From NCBI RefSeq assembly GCF_004010195.1, contig NC_057749.1:19089538-19153537 (forward strand): DNA of 64,000 bases, in the 5' to 3' direction. Under the pieces are notes generated by a model. The model did no database searches. It saw only the letters and a program-made list of their open reading frames with translations, and had not been told where the DNA came from. This DNA comes from Chiloscyllium plagiosum. Lineage: Eukaryota. Position numbers and translations under genes: made by a program. Positions 27,025 to 39,483 of this stretch are shown piece after piece (positions within the stretch are counted from its first letter, which is position 1; every line of letters begins with the position of its first letter).

Positions 27025-27800
27025 GAACTATGAGAAAGATGGTGCAGAACTAGAAAAGCACATAGAAAAGTTGGTGGAGTGGCAAGTGTCAGATGGAATA
27101 GAGTACAGAGAAGTCATAGAGTAGAGTCATAGAGATGTACAGCACGGAAACAGACCCTTCAGTCCAACCCGTCCATGCCGACCAGATATCCCAACCCAAT
27201 CTAGTCACACCTGCCAGCATCCAGCCCATATCCCTTCAAACCCTTCCTATTCATATACCCATCCAAGAAGTATGGTGAAGTGATTAATTTTGGTAGGAAA
27301 AATATGGAGAATCAAAAAAAAAGTACAATTCTAAAGGGGGCACAGAAGTGGAGGAAGCGGGGTGTGTGCAGAAATCATTGTAGATGGTACAACCAACCGG
27401 CATTCTAGGTATTTTCGATAGGGGTGTAGACTATAAAAACAAGGAAGTTATTTTAAGTTAATATAGCCTCAGCTGGAGTCGTTTTCAATTCTGGGTGCCA
27501 TGTCTTAGGAGGTTTGTGAAGACAATACAGAGAGCACGGAAAAGATGTTTGAGAAATGTTCCTGGGATGAGGAACCTCAGTTATAGTTGAAGGAGTTGAG
27601 AGAATTGTAAGATTTGATCAAGGTGTTCAAAATCGTGAGGAGTCTGGACAGAGTAGAGCAGGAAAACTGTTTCCATTACCAAGCAAAGACAAGAATGAGC
27701 AGGGTCACAGGAAGAATGGCATGAAGCAAATTACTCATTTACAGAACTGGTGCAGACATGTTGGGCTGAATGGCCTCCTCCCGAGTAACAATTATATGAT
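27025..27800 (+). mobile_element. Old CR1 3' fragment (continuation of the degraded CR1 at about 23270-24850)
   Basis: RT C-terminal-like sequence and GGGCTGAATGGCCTCCTCC tail; the RT sequence appears to resume after the 24850-27025 insertion. Confidence 0.65.
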
Positions 27801-28109
27801 ACTATGTAAAACACTTATGTAGGTAGGTTGATGCATTATTAAACTTACTCAAAGCTCAATGGCTAGTTTAAGAAGTTAAGGTTAGGACTGCAATGCAAAA
27901 TGGAGGGTGTGCTGCACTGTTGGAGGTGCTGCCTTTGGAATGAGATATTAAATCATTGTGCCACCGTGCCGCCCAAATGTTGGGCTGAATGGCCTCCTCC
28001 TGAGTAACAATTATATGATACTATGTAAAACACTTATGTAGGTAGGTTGATGCATTATCAAACTTGGTCAAAGCTCAATGGCTAGTTTAAGAAGTTAAGG
28101 TTAGGACTG

Positions 28110-28300
28110 CAATGCAAAATGGAGGGTGTGCTGCACTGTTGGAGGTGCTGCCTTTGGAATGAGATATTAAATCATGCCCTTATCTGCCTGGGGGAATGTA
28201 AAAGATTTCATTGCACTGTTTTGAAGAATGGTGGAACCAGGTGGTCTCCTGGTACCTTTGACAACTTTTGTCACTCAATCAACATTACAAAAACAGATAG
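28110..28300 (+). mobile_element. Deu-domain SINE (SacSINE1/AmnSINE1-like) fragment
   Basis: GTGCTGCACTGTTGGAGGTGCTGCCTTTGGAATGAGATATTAAA...GTAAAAGATTTCATTGCACT...CAACATTACAAAAACAGAT matches my recollection of the Deu core; degraded relatives at about 13900-14160, 34700-34930 and 57270-57480. Confidence 0.65.
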
Positions 28301-28349
28301 AAGCAAAATACCATGGATGCTAGAAAACAAAATGAAAACAGAAAGTTGG

Positions 28350-29277
28350 GTGCACTATTATTTGTTATCAATGTAAATGATTTGAATGAGAATTTAGGAA
28401 GTTAGTAGGTTTGAGGATGACACCAAGGTTGGTGATGGTGGAACGTGAAGGAGGCTATCTGGAAATACAGTGAGATCATGATCAACTGGGCCAATGGGCT
28501 GAGGAATAGCAGATGGGAGTTTAACTTAGATAAATGCAATGTGTTGCATTTTGATGGGGTTCACAGTCAACACAGTTGGGCCCTGGGGAGTGTTATAGAG
28601 CAAAGAGATCTAGGGTATAAGTTCATAGCTCGACAGGGTGATGAAAAATGCTTGCTTTCATCAGTTAGAGCATTGAGTATAGGAGTTGGGGCATCTTATT
28701 GTAGCTGTACAAAACATTGGTAAGACCACATTTAGAGTATTGTGTGCAGCTCTGGTCGCCCTTTTATAGAGAGAAAAAGTGAGGACTGCAGATGTTAGAG
28801 ATCAGTCAGAGTGGCGCTGGAAAAGTACAGCAGGTCAGGCAACATCCCAGGAGCAGGAGAATCCACGTTTTGTGCATAAGCTCTTCATAAGGAATGGTGG
28901 GGGGAGGGGGCCGAGAGATAAATGGGGGGTGGGGAGGAAGATAGCTGGGAAGGTCATAGGTAGATGCGGGGAAGGTAGTGATAGGATTCCAACCTATCAC
29001 CATCACCTCCCACCTGCATCTACTATGGCCTTCCCAGCTAACTCCCCCCAACCTCACCCTCCTATTTATCTCTCAGCTCCGCCCCCCCCCCCCAAACCAA
29101 AAGAAATTCCTGATGTCGACCCGAAAGGTCGATTCTCCTGCTCATACAGCGCCACATTTTTTGCCTTGCCCTACAATGGAAAGCACATTATTAATTTAGA
29201 AAGGGTGCAGGGAAGATTTACTGGGGTGCTACCTGGCCTGGAAGCTTTAAGTTATAAAGAGAGGCTGGATAAGCTTG
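28350..29277 (+). mobile_element. CR1 RT fragment with a nested PLE fold-back (about 28770-29145)
   Basis: WEFNLDKCNVLHF and HIINLERVQGRFTGVLPGLEALSYKERLDKL peptides, interrupted by family A arms. Confidence 0.8.
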
Positions 29278-29483
29278 TCAAAAATGTTGTCTGTATTGTC
29301 GCGCTTGAGATCTGCGGATGGGATTGATAGAGCTGCGTTGTTGATCGAATATAATACCAGCACTAAAACAAAATCGACAAGCACTTCCACGTAACCATTA
29401 ACCTGGGTTTCCTGGCACACCCTCGGGAGTCGGTACGCGTTACAGAATCTACTACACAGAGAAGGACAGAGTACTGTACTTAC

Positions 29484-29544
29484 ATTCTGTTCGGGAGGGT
29501 GGGGGTGAGATTGACACAGGTACACCCCGCCAATCAGGAGGCAC
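29484..29544 (-). CDS. Putative coding exon 2 of an unrecognised single-pass membrane protein
   Basis: Acceptor GTATTTCTTTTAG|G with branch CTCTAAC about 26 nt upstream; donor AAT|GTAAGT; 61 nt, in frame with exon 1 (CLLIGGVYLCQSHPHPPEQN). Confidence 0.55.
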
Positions 29545-29608
29545 CTAAAAGAAATACCAAACTTCCACAGTTAGAGTAACAGCAGCGCCAAAGTGGGCCT
29601 TAACTTAC

Positions 29609-29799
29609 AACGCGAACACAATACAGATCAACAACAGAGTGTCCTCCCCAGGTACTCCAAAGTGCACCGAGGCAAGTCGGAACAGGAAAAGAAACATTTG
29701 ATCGACAATTGTTGAGATTGTATTGAGGGAGGAGGTCATGAAATGCTCATTTTCTTGATACATTTCAATTGGGAGAAGATTTGAGATTGAAACCAACAT
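29609..29799 (-). CDS. Putative coding exon 1 of the same gene (start ATG uncertain)
   Basis: Open frame ...MTSSLNTISTIVDQMFLFLFRLASVHFGVPGEDTLLLICIVFAL ending at donor GTT|GTAAGT (intron 29608-29545, 64 nt); non-repetitive and CpG-retaining. Confidence 0.5.
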
Positions 29800-29870
29800 G
29801 ACAGTGTTTCTGGCGATGTGATTGGCTCGTCTAATGCCTTGCTCCTATTGGTGGGCTCTCCTCTCGACAC
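29800..29870 (-). promoter_or_regulatory. Candidate CCAAT-box promoter
   Basis: Two CCAAT boxes on the minus strand (ATTGG at 29821 and 29847) just upstream of the exons; local CpG enrichment from about 29290 to 29870. Confidence 0.5.
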
Positions 29871-30959
29871 AGTTTTCATTCATTTTTCCCCCCCATGGAA
29901 GTCCTTCCTCATTGATAGCTTTTCCCGGCCATTTAAGATTTGTTTTTCACATTTCCTACGTACCAGACGTTACTAGTCTATTGATAAAACACAAGATATG
30001 GGTCTTTATGGATTGCACTTGCGCAAAATGATTTTTGTTTTACATTCATATTATTTTTAACTTGCCGGTCCTTTTGAAAACATTATTTGTACTTTTACAC
30101 GTGGAGGCATGTTAACACAACAGAGAACAAGTACAACGTAGAAGGGGGTAATTCAGCCCATCGTGACTGCACTGGTTTCCTGTAAGAGCAAATCAGTTTC
30201 TCTCATTCTCTCCTACTCCCAAAACCCTGTATTAGTTTGCTTCTTAAAGCACATACCCAATTTTCTTCTGACAGCCCCCCACGACACTCACTGACAGAGC
30301 ATTTCAGATCCGAACCACAGGTAGTGTAAAAATAGTTTCCCCCCACTTCATTGTTTTATTTGTAAATCAGGGTCCGCTGGTTCTTGACTCTTCCACTGGG
30401 GTAGACCACAGTTCTGTCTGGGCCCCTGATGACTATGAATGCTTCTAGCAAATCTCTCGACTCTCTCAGAGGAGAGCAGACCCGATTTTTCCACTCTATC
30501 TACATTATTGAAGTTCCTCGATCATAATAAAACCCATTCCCCTTAATCTATCAGCACGCTCCTTTCATTTATTCATTAGTGCGGTGCTCAAAATTGTATA
30601 CTACGTCCTAGTTGTCGCTGAACCAGTGCCTTATAAAGGCTTATTTCAATGTGCTCTAAACCTCTATTTATAAAGGCCAGGATTTTGCACAGGTTTTAAA
30701 ATTAAACTTTGTTGACCTATCCCACTACTTTCATCAATGCGCGCCCAGAAACATCCAAATCCTTTTGTTCCAGCATCTCCATTAAATTATATTTTCCAAA
30801 TGTATTTATTTTATGGCTTTACTTATTCTTCAAAAATGAATCACTTCACAATTCTCTACATTAAATTTAATTTGTCAAATTTCCACTTGTGGCCTGTTGA
30901 AGTTGTGTTCTGTACAGCAAGGTTTCAGCCATTAACGGGAAAACCCGACTCTATACCTT

Positions 30960-31205
30960 AGACAAAAACAGAAATTCCTGATAGAGCTCAGCAGGTCTGG
31001 CAGCAGCTGCAGAGAGAAAGCAGAGTTAGTGTTTCGGGTCCAGTGACCCTTCCTCAGAACTGTTCTGAATTCTGAGGAAGGGTCACTGGACCCAAAAGAT
31101 TAACTCTGATTTCTGTCTACAGATGCTGCCAGACCTGCAGAGCTCTTCCAGCAATTTCTATTTTTGTCTCCGATTTCCAGCATCCGCAGTTCTTTTGGTT
31201 TTTTT
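30960..31205. mobile_element. Fold-back PLE terminal-repeat element (family B)
   Basis: Inverted arms centred near 31065; minus strand 31024-31061 reads AGUU-CUGAGGA-A-GGGUC ACUG GACCC-GAAA-CACU-AACU. Confidence 0.8.
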
Positions 31206-31659
31206 TAATTTCGTATTTCACTCTATATCTTCCCTCAGTCTGAAGAATAACTGTTCACCCTGCTCATGGTTTCCTGTCACTCAGCTGACTTCATATTCCA
31301 CAGTGTCACCGTCCCTTTTATTAGGTGTTGTAATATTTACCCTTTAACATGGCCTCACAATTAGAGATATGAATCTCAAGATGATTGCAACCACTTTCAA
31401 ACTTGGAAGGTTCAATGAAAAGAAATACAGTGTATGATTCAAATTGTGACCAACATAACAGAAAATTTAGATTGATAAATATATATTACTTTGGTCTATT
31501 ATTACTAGTTGATCTAATAGTGATTCTTTATGATTAAACAACAACTTGTATTTTTTAAAATTCTTTTGATAATGTGGACTTTGTAACAAGACCAACATTG
31601 TTTGCCCATCCCTAATTGCCCTTGAATTGAATAATATTGCTAATGTCCTTGCAAGTTAA

Positions 31660-32405
31660 CCACAGGACAACAATCTCTCCATCAACATCGATAAAACAAA
31701 GGAGCCAGATATTGACTTCAGGAAGCAGAGTGGAAGGCACGCTCTTGTCTGTATTATGGTGTTGAAGTGAAGATGGTCAAGAACATTAAATTCCTGGGAG
31801 TGATCATCACCAACAATCTGTCCTAGTCCACCCATGTCAATGAATGATCAGGAAAGCATGACAATGTCTCTACTTCCTCAAGAGGCTATGGAAATTCAGC
31901 ATGTCCACAAGGACTCTTACCAATTGTTTTTTTATAGATGCAGTACAGAGAGCAGTCTATCTGGATGCATCACAGTGAAATTCGGCAACTGTTCTTCCCA
32001 AGACTACAAGAAACTAGAGACTCGTGAACACAGCCCAGTCCAATCACACAAACCAGGCTTCCATCTATTGACTCCATCTATACTTCCTGCTGCCTCAGGA
32101 AAGCGACCAACATAATCAAAGAACCCTCCCGCCTCAGTTATGCTCTCTTCCGCTTGGCAGAGGGTATACAAGTTTGTATACATGCACAAATAAAGTCATG
32201 AACAACTGCTGTTATTGGACTTCTGAATGGATCTCTCAAATTTTAAATTTAATGTTGATCTCACTCTCTGTGCAACATCTCTGCAGCTGTAACACCATAT
32301 TCTTCACTCTGTTCTACTATCCTCATGCACCTTTGTATGGTATGATGCGCAAGTACTGCACACAAAACAAAAGTTCTCACTGTACCTGCGACAATAATAA
32401 ATCAA
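31660..32405 (+). mobile_element. Rex1/Babar-like (L2/CR1-group) LINE 3' fragment
   Basis: QDNNLSINIDKTKE..DFRK, IKFLGVIITNNLS and FYRCSTESSLSGCITV peptides; ends ACAATAATAAATCAAA. Confidence 0.7.
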
Positions 32406-33997
32406 AAAATATAATACACATGTAGGCCAGACCAAGTAAGGTTGGCAGATTTTCATCCTCAAAGGGCACTTGTGAACCAGATGGATTTTTTTTAAACAAC
32501 AATTGATGGTAGTTTCATGGTCACTATTACTTTGTTCTTGCTGCTGAAATGGGATTTAAACCCACAATCCCAAATGCATTAGCCATATTCTCTAAATTAC
32601 TGGTCCAGTGGCATTGCCACTAGACCCACGTCTCCCCGAAGTCAGTAGTACTTTTAATTTACTAAAACATCCCAGAGTGCTGGATAGAATTGTTATAAGC
32701 AAGTTGATATTGAGCCATATCAGACCATAGGGCCCAAAACTTGGTCTGTGGAAGGCCCTAAGGAGTATCTAATGAGGAGAATCAAATAGAAAGGTTTAGG
32801 GAGGGGATTCCAGAGCTAAGAGTCCAGACTGCAAATTGTAAACCAGAGGTGCTTAGAGGCAAAGGTTAGATAAACACATATCTCGGAGTTGTAGAGAGAC
32901 ACACAGAGGCCATGGCGGAATTAAGAAACAAGGGTGTGAATTTTAAAATCAAGCCATTGCTTAACTGGGAGTGAGCATAGTTGAATCAATCACATCACTG
33001 TGGAAGTGGAGTCACGTGTAGGCCAGAGCAGGTAAGGATAGCAGTTTCCTTCCCTAAAGGGACGTTGGTGAACGCAATAGATTTTTACTAAATGGCAGTT
33101 TAATGGTCACCATTACTAAAAATGATATGTTCCAGGTTTACTCATTGACTTTAATTTCCACCAGCTGCCGTGATGGGATTTTAAACATGTCCCCATTGGC
33201 CAAGGCTTTTGAATTATTTTCTCCATGAAATTAGTGCTATACTCACACCACCAATCCTATTAACCCCATCCTTAAAAGAGGAAAAAATATGGAAGAGCAC
33301 TTCTTTTGAGAAGGCATTTTAGAGCTTGGGTCCAGGAAGCCGAGGTGGGTCCTCCAATAGAGGAGTAATTGGAAATGAAATAACTGAAAATGGAATAGTT
33401 TAGGTTGGATGGGCTTCAGATCGGTTTCACAAGTTGGCACAACATAGAGGACCAAAGGGCCTGTAATGCACTGTAATAATGTTCTAATTAAGATTAGATT
33501 TTTTTGATTAGATTTCCTACAGTATGGAAACAGGCCGTTCGGCCCAGCAAGTCCACACCGACCCTCCGAAGAGTAACCCATCCAGACCCATCTCCATCTC
33601 CACCCCCCGCCCCCCCCATATTCATCCCTGACTAGCATCAGGGATGCTAGTTAACAAAATGCAAGATACTAATTAATATCAGGAATGCTCAGGATTGCAT
33701 AACCAGATTGTTTCCCCCTGGAAAAAGAAGTTACATTTGGAACATGTGGGTCTGTAGTTATTTTAAAACATGATTTGTCCATGAAGACGATTTGCACGAC
33801 TGGGAAGAACATGTTGCATTTTTGCACCTTGTGTCAAGATCAATAATTGCCTGTTCACCAGGTTAGCTGAAACATGTGTGTACAGAAGGTTTTCCTGACT
33901 CAACCCATTATATTGTTTTAGTTATACTTACAAAAAATCTGCCCTGAGTGCCCATGTCTGATTTACAGCTTACCTTGGTATATAGGAAAGTCTTCAA

Positions 33998-34412
33998 GGA
34001 GAAAGTGAGGACTGCAGATGCTGGAGATCAGAGCTGAAAATGTGTTGCTGGAAAAGCGCAGCAGGTCAGGCAGCATCCAAGGAACAGGAGAATCGACGTT
34101 TCGGGCATAAGCCCTTCTTCAGGAATGAGTTGAAACTTTATTGCTGGAACAGCACAGCAGGTCAGGCAGCATTCAGGGAACAGGAGATTCGACGTTTCGG
34201 GCACAGGCCCTTCTTCAGGAAGGGCCTGTGCGTGTTCAGCAGGAGAAGATAAAAGGTAGGGTTGCAGGTTAGGAAGGTGGTGCTGAGTTCGAGGGATTTG
34301 ACTGAGACAAGGTGGGGGGAGGGGAAATTAGGAAACTGGAGAAATCTGAGTTCATCCCTTGTGGTTGGAGAGTTCCTAGGCGGAAGATGAGGCGCTCTTC
34401 CTCCAACCGTCG
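33998..34412 (-). mobile_element. Penelope-like fragment with two tandem terminal repeats (family A)
   Basis: Two head-to-tail repeats, each with a hammerhead core (about 34091-34126 and 34187-34221), next to RRLEEERLIFRLGTLQPQGMNSDF-coding sequence. Confidence 0.85.
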
Positions 34413-35699
34413 TATATATAAGTCACCATGAACAATCTATTCAAGGCTGGTGCGTATACAGAAGGTTTTCCCCTGACTCACCCCACCAGCCTTGAAAATA
34501 TTGTTCATGATGACTTTCCTATATACCAAGGTAGGCTGTAAATCAGACATGGGCACTCAGGGCAGATAAGTATAATTAAAACAATGTTATAAGTGGGACA
34601 GCCAATGCAAATGCAGCAGTGTAAACCAGAGTTTGGACGACATAGTCTGTGGGATTTCTCTCGCTAGGATTACATGCTCACATATGTGCCCAGAATCCAC
34701 AGATTAGAAATGAGCCATTTTTGATGGTGACTTAAGGAGGTAACAGTTCAGCCTCAGATGGGCATGGGTACAAGTTTCACTTCAGAAGCTGGACCCCACA
34801 CTGACATTTGAGAATGATACAGAGGGAGCAGTGCACCAGAGGTAGCAATAAGTCAGACTGTGTTGTGAGTTGGATGGCAGTGATCCCATCACATTATTCC
34901 AAAGAACGGGCATGTTCTCCATTGTCCTAAGAAGCAGGACCAAGAGCAGACCATTTAGCCTCTTGAGGCCGCTCCACTATTCAATAAAACCATGGCTAAC
35001 CTCAATTATGTCCTTCCCAAACTTCCTTGTCTATCAAAGATCTGCCTAAAACAGAGAAAGAAAATTCCAAACACTATTGACCTGCAAGAAATTCCTCATC
35101 TGTCTTAAACAGGAGACGCCTTATTTTGAAAGGGTGTCCCCTACTTCTAAGTAACTCCATGAGGGGAACATTCTCTCAGAATTTTACATTTCATTAAGAT
35201 CAGATTCTTCTAAAATGCAACGGGTATAGGCTCACAAGACTCCACCATTCTTGGAAGTCAAATTCTTTCATGCCAGGGATCAGCCAAGAAAGCCTACTCA
35301 GTTTCCCAGTTTAGATAAAAACCGTTCACAGCACAAGAGACTGTTCTCTCTCTCTCTCTCTCTGCTAACATATGTACAATGTGGAAAACGGACATTTGTC
35401 CTGCAGTGGTGACTGAAGGGGTAGAATTTTGCCTACCTTAAGGGATAGCATAAGCCTCCCGAATCAAACAAATACGAGTTCGATCGAATCCCATTCCAGT
35501 AGGTACGGGCCAGGTATTGACTCCTGCACCTACATCAACGGGTCAGAGGGTCACATAGCAGCTGATGGGAGCTTGCTGTGTGCAAATTAGTAACTGGGTT
35601 TCCTAACGTGACAACAAGCGGCTGTTAACGTTTTGTGTGTGTGGGCGGAGTTTGAGATTACTTCTTTGAAACTGACATCTGCAATGCATAGGAAGAAGC

Positions 35700-37700
35700 C
35701 CCCGAATGCGGCCAGTGTCCCCCGCCGGGGGGGGGGGGAGAGAGAGAGCTGCAGTCTCTGTTCTGTCCCGGAGTCGGACTGGTGTTGGCGGGGTTGAGTT
35801 TAAAGCAGTGACGCTCTTTCAGTCCCCTCCCTCCCCGGGGCCTATGTTAATGAGAGGGGGGTGTTTCCATTCTCGGTTTGCCTGTGAGAGCGGAGGGGAG
35901 GGAGAGCAGCTGGGAGTTTGTGGGTGAGCGAACCCTCCGATTCTCTGTTGTTTGCGGATGCTTTCGTTTTCTGAATGGCGTTCCTGCTTTGCCCAGGATG
36001 GGGGCTGGAGAGCACGGGAGGGGGGTCTGTTCGCCAGGGGTGAAGAGGGGGAACGCGCGTGTGTGTGTGTGTGCTTAGGAAGGGGGTGGGGGAAAAGAGA
36101 TCTCCCCTGCCTTTACGAGTGCTCCCTGAGCTTGGGGCGGCTGCTGCGGGGAGCAGCTTTTCGACTTCACCCACCATCTCCCTGGGGAGGGGAGGGGAGG
36201 GGAGGGAAAGAGAGACACCGTGCTCCTAAACACCCCCCACCCCCAGGGGAGATGGCCTCCTCTCGGGGAGGAGAGGGCGGTGTTCCTCTCTCTCTGGCCA
36301 CCAGCTTACTATTTATAATCCGTTCGGTCGGTGGGTGGGTGGGAGAGAGAGGGGGGGCTGCCCGCTCTCGTGAAGCTGCAGAGGGGGAGCGAGGCGGAAG
36401 GGAAGCTGCGCAGTCTCCGGGCCATTTTGTTGTGTCGGATTCTCGGAGCCGCTTTGTGGGGGGGGGGTAAGGAGGGACTTGATCGGATTTAGGCTCCACC
36501 TCCCCTCCGGCCTCTTCCTCCCCTCCATGGGTTCGGAGAGCTCAGCCCGGGGGGGGGGTCGACCATCTCGGGCTGTGTAACAAAAGCCTCTCCCCTGCAG
36601 TAACTTTGCAAGTCGAGGAACCCGCGACAAATCAGCCCTCGGGTCCTGGGGGGAGACAATGAGGAAGGGAGGGGGGTGGAACTTGGATGTTTCATTCGCT
36701 CCTGACCCTGAGCCACCTCCTACCCCTTCCACACCGCCCACCAACCCAATATCCCCGGCTGGTGAGACTCCGAGGTGAGTGTGCCCAGGTTGAGGCACCA
36801 GCCCGGCCCGAGGTGATGCCCAGGCTGTACACCACATCCTCCACCTTCCCCCGGCTCCGGGGTCTGCGGCCTCCTGACTCGTTGCCGCGGAGTAAACAGG
36901 GCTCAGCACCGCCCCCTTCCCCACAAGCCACGCCCCCCGTACGCGTGCTCTGCTCCGCCTTTTACGTCCTATTGGTTAATGTCACCACACCGTCACCGCC
37001 TCCCCTCCTGATTGGTTGGTGCCGGAGGGAGCCGATTGGTCCCGGCTACCTTCCCCGGGGGGGAAGGGGGCGGAGGGACGGCTGCGTCACAATGGAGTCT
37101 CACATAACGGGGCGGGGATTCCCTCACGCGCGGAATGGGATAACAAAGAGACAGGGAAGTCCCGCCCGGAATCACACTCACCCTGGGGAAGGGGGTACAC
37201 AGGCAGGAGTCCCCTGGGGGTGTCCCACCCAGTGTCAGCCTCATCCCGGCCAGGGGAGAGGGTGCCCACTGGGGTCACCCTCACTGGAGATGTGTGGGGA
37301 GAGAAGGAGAGAATATTGCCCACTGTCACCCTCACCTGAATCACACACAGCCCGGGGGAAACAGACAGGTGCCCTGCCCACTGTCACCCTCACCCGGGGA
37401 GAGTGCCCGCAGTCACTCACTGGGTTCCCCGCTCGCCTGAAAGTGAAATTACAGCAAGAAATCCAGTTTCTTCCAGCCTGAAACAAATCAGGAAAGATGG
37501 AAGTCCTCGCTCAGTTACCCCGGGGAGCTACTGGTGTGTGTCTGGGTTTCGGCCGCCTGTATTCGGCGAATTGTGCCGTGTTCTGGTTCTTGTTACAAAT
37601 TCAAAAGGTGAAAACACTATCGGCCAATGAAAAGCTCCCGGGCCAGAGAGTGTTGACTGTATCCAGTTGAGGGCAGGAAAGGGGTGGAGCCCAGGCTTGT
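35700..37700. promoter_or_regulatory. CpG island / promoter 1
   Basis: High GC and CpG against a CpG-poor background; CCAAT boxes at 36971, 37011, 37035 and 37624; GC boxes; YY1-type GCCATTTTG at 36421; + strand donors at 35924 (GTGAGC), 36467 (GTAAGG) and 36775 (GTGAGT); minus-strand donor at 36309. Confidence 0.85.
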
Positions 37701-39483
37701 CACCCAATTGTAACCTTCCTTCAATCTTATTTATTTTTGCTCCGGTGTTTACTCTCTGGTGTTCTGTCCCTCCAAAACCTGCGAATCCAGCGTTCTCACG
37801 GTGTTAACCGAGAACTTTCGACCTACAGGGATGAATATTATTTAATTGTATTAGGGAGAGGGGAAAACAAACATATGCAGCAAGAGGGCTGAACAGCTGG
37901 ACGACTCGCAGCTACTGAGCGTTCTAGGTCTCCGGAAGAAAGGAGATAGACTTTCTAAAAAAAAACAAAGTGCAAGAACACAGCTCTGGGATTGGCTCCA
38001 TATTTTAAACTCAAAAATATCCAGGAGTTGACACTCGACTCTTCATTCCTCTAAGGGCGAGAATCGTAAATTTGTAAACACGTTTGCCAAATCAAAACAT
38101 AAATGGACTTAAATAAAGACAAAGTGCTCAGCAGGTCTGGCAGTCTCCATGGAGAGAGAAACAGCGTAAAGGATTCGAGTCCAATCTGACGCTGCTTGAG
38201 AAGTGACCTTGTTTGGGAATTGTAAGGCAGGGGGAGGGCACCTTGTAAAGTTCAATATTGCTGAAGCCACTGCGTTGTTTTCATCGTTCACTCGAACAGC
38301 CCTGGAGAAATTGTAAAGTTCGGGGGATAGAAACAGCTTTCACCCACAGCTAACCACTTTATACCAAAACAAAGTTTAAAAATAGGAGGAGATTAGATTT
38401 AAGAAGCCGTTCAGAAATAAATAATAGTAATAGGGTTCGGTTAACGTCATTCCTCTTACTCACCAGAAGTTAATTTGAGGTTGCGGTGAGCAAGAGAGTC
38501 CCTACTAAAGGTAACGCCTCTACGGGGAGTTTTGACTTTTAAAAAAAAACAGTAGTCTTTAAGCAATCTGGGCAAAGACAAGAAATTTCGGACCCTCATT
38601 TTGGAAAGTTACATTTGAAATATCCGTATTCAGTCTCTCAATGTCGTGTCACTAAAAACTGATTCGACAGCAGAGTCACAAAGCACAAAAACAGACCTTT
38701 CCGTGCAACGAGTTCATACCGAACATAATCCCAAACTAGTCTCACTTGGCTGCTCCTGGCTCATCTCACCAAACCTTCCCTATGCATGAAGTTATCTGAA
38801 ATGTCTTTTAAATGTTGTAACTGTACTCGCACCCACAACGTCATCGGAGCTCATTCTACATGCGAACGACCCTGTGTAAAGAGTTGCCCCCCTGTCTTTA
38901 AGATATCCATCACGTTGATGGATAAGATACCCCCGCCCTGAATTGAATTCCTCCAATTCCTATTCTCCAGGCTTGAAGTCATGCACTTGAAATTGTTCGC
39001 TTTGTTTCTCCCACCACCGATAATACCAGATCTGCTGAGTATTACGTGTAGCTTCTGTTTGTATTAGGGAGGTAGCAATAAGTCCATTTGAATTAGTAAA
39101 TGACGTGATCTAGTTACAATAAAGCAATGTAAAGTAAGCTTATTTACTCACTTATTGATTAGAGGTGGTGTTGCTGGCTGGGAAGACAGGAGTTGCCTTT
39201 GATTTGCGGCCTTCTTGAACCACTGTAGTCTATATTCTGGGAGGTAGATGGGCAAGGCTATTAAGGTGCAAATTCCAGGATTTAGGCCCAATGATATTGA
39301 AGGAATGGGAAAATATTTCCAAGTCAGGCTGGAGAGTGTCTTGGAGGGAATGTGCAGGGGGTGATGGTCTCTCATACTTGTCCTACACAGTAGTAGGATT
39401 GGAGGTTTGGAAGGTGCTGTCAAAATAAGCCTTCCAACCACTGCAAAAAAGATGGTGAATAGGGATGCTTATCAAGTGAGTTT

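Noticed and set aside
35706..37630. Long Pro/Gly/Arg-rich ORFs (up to 264 aa) in island 1
   Set aside because: Overlapping on both strands, low complexity and no recognisable domain; expected from stop-codon scarcity in GC-rich DNA.
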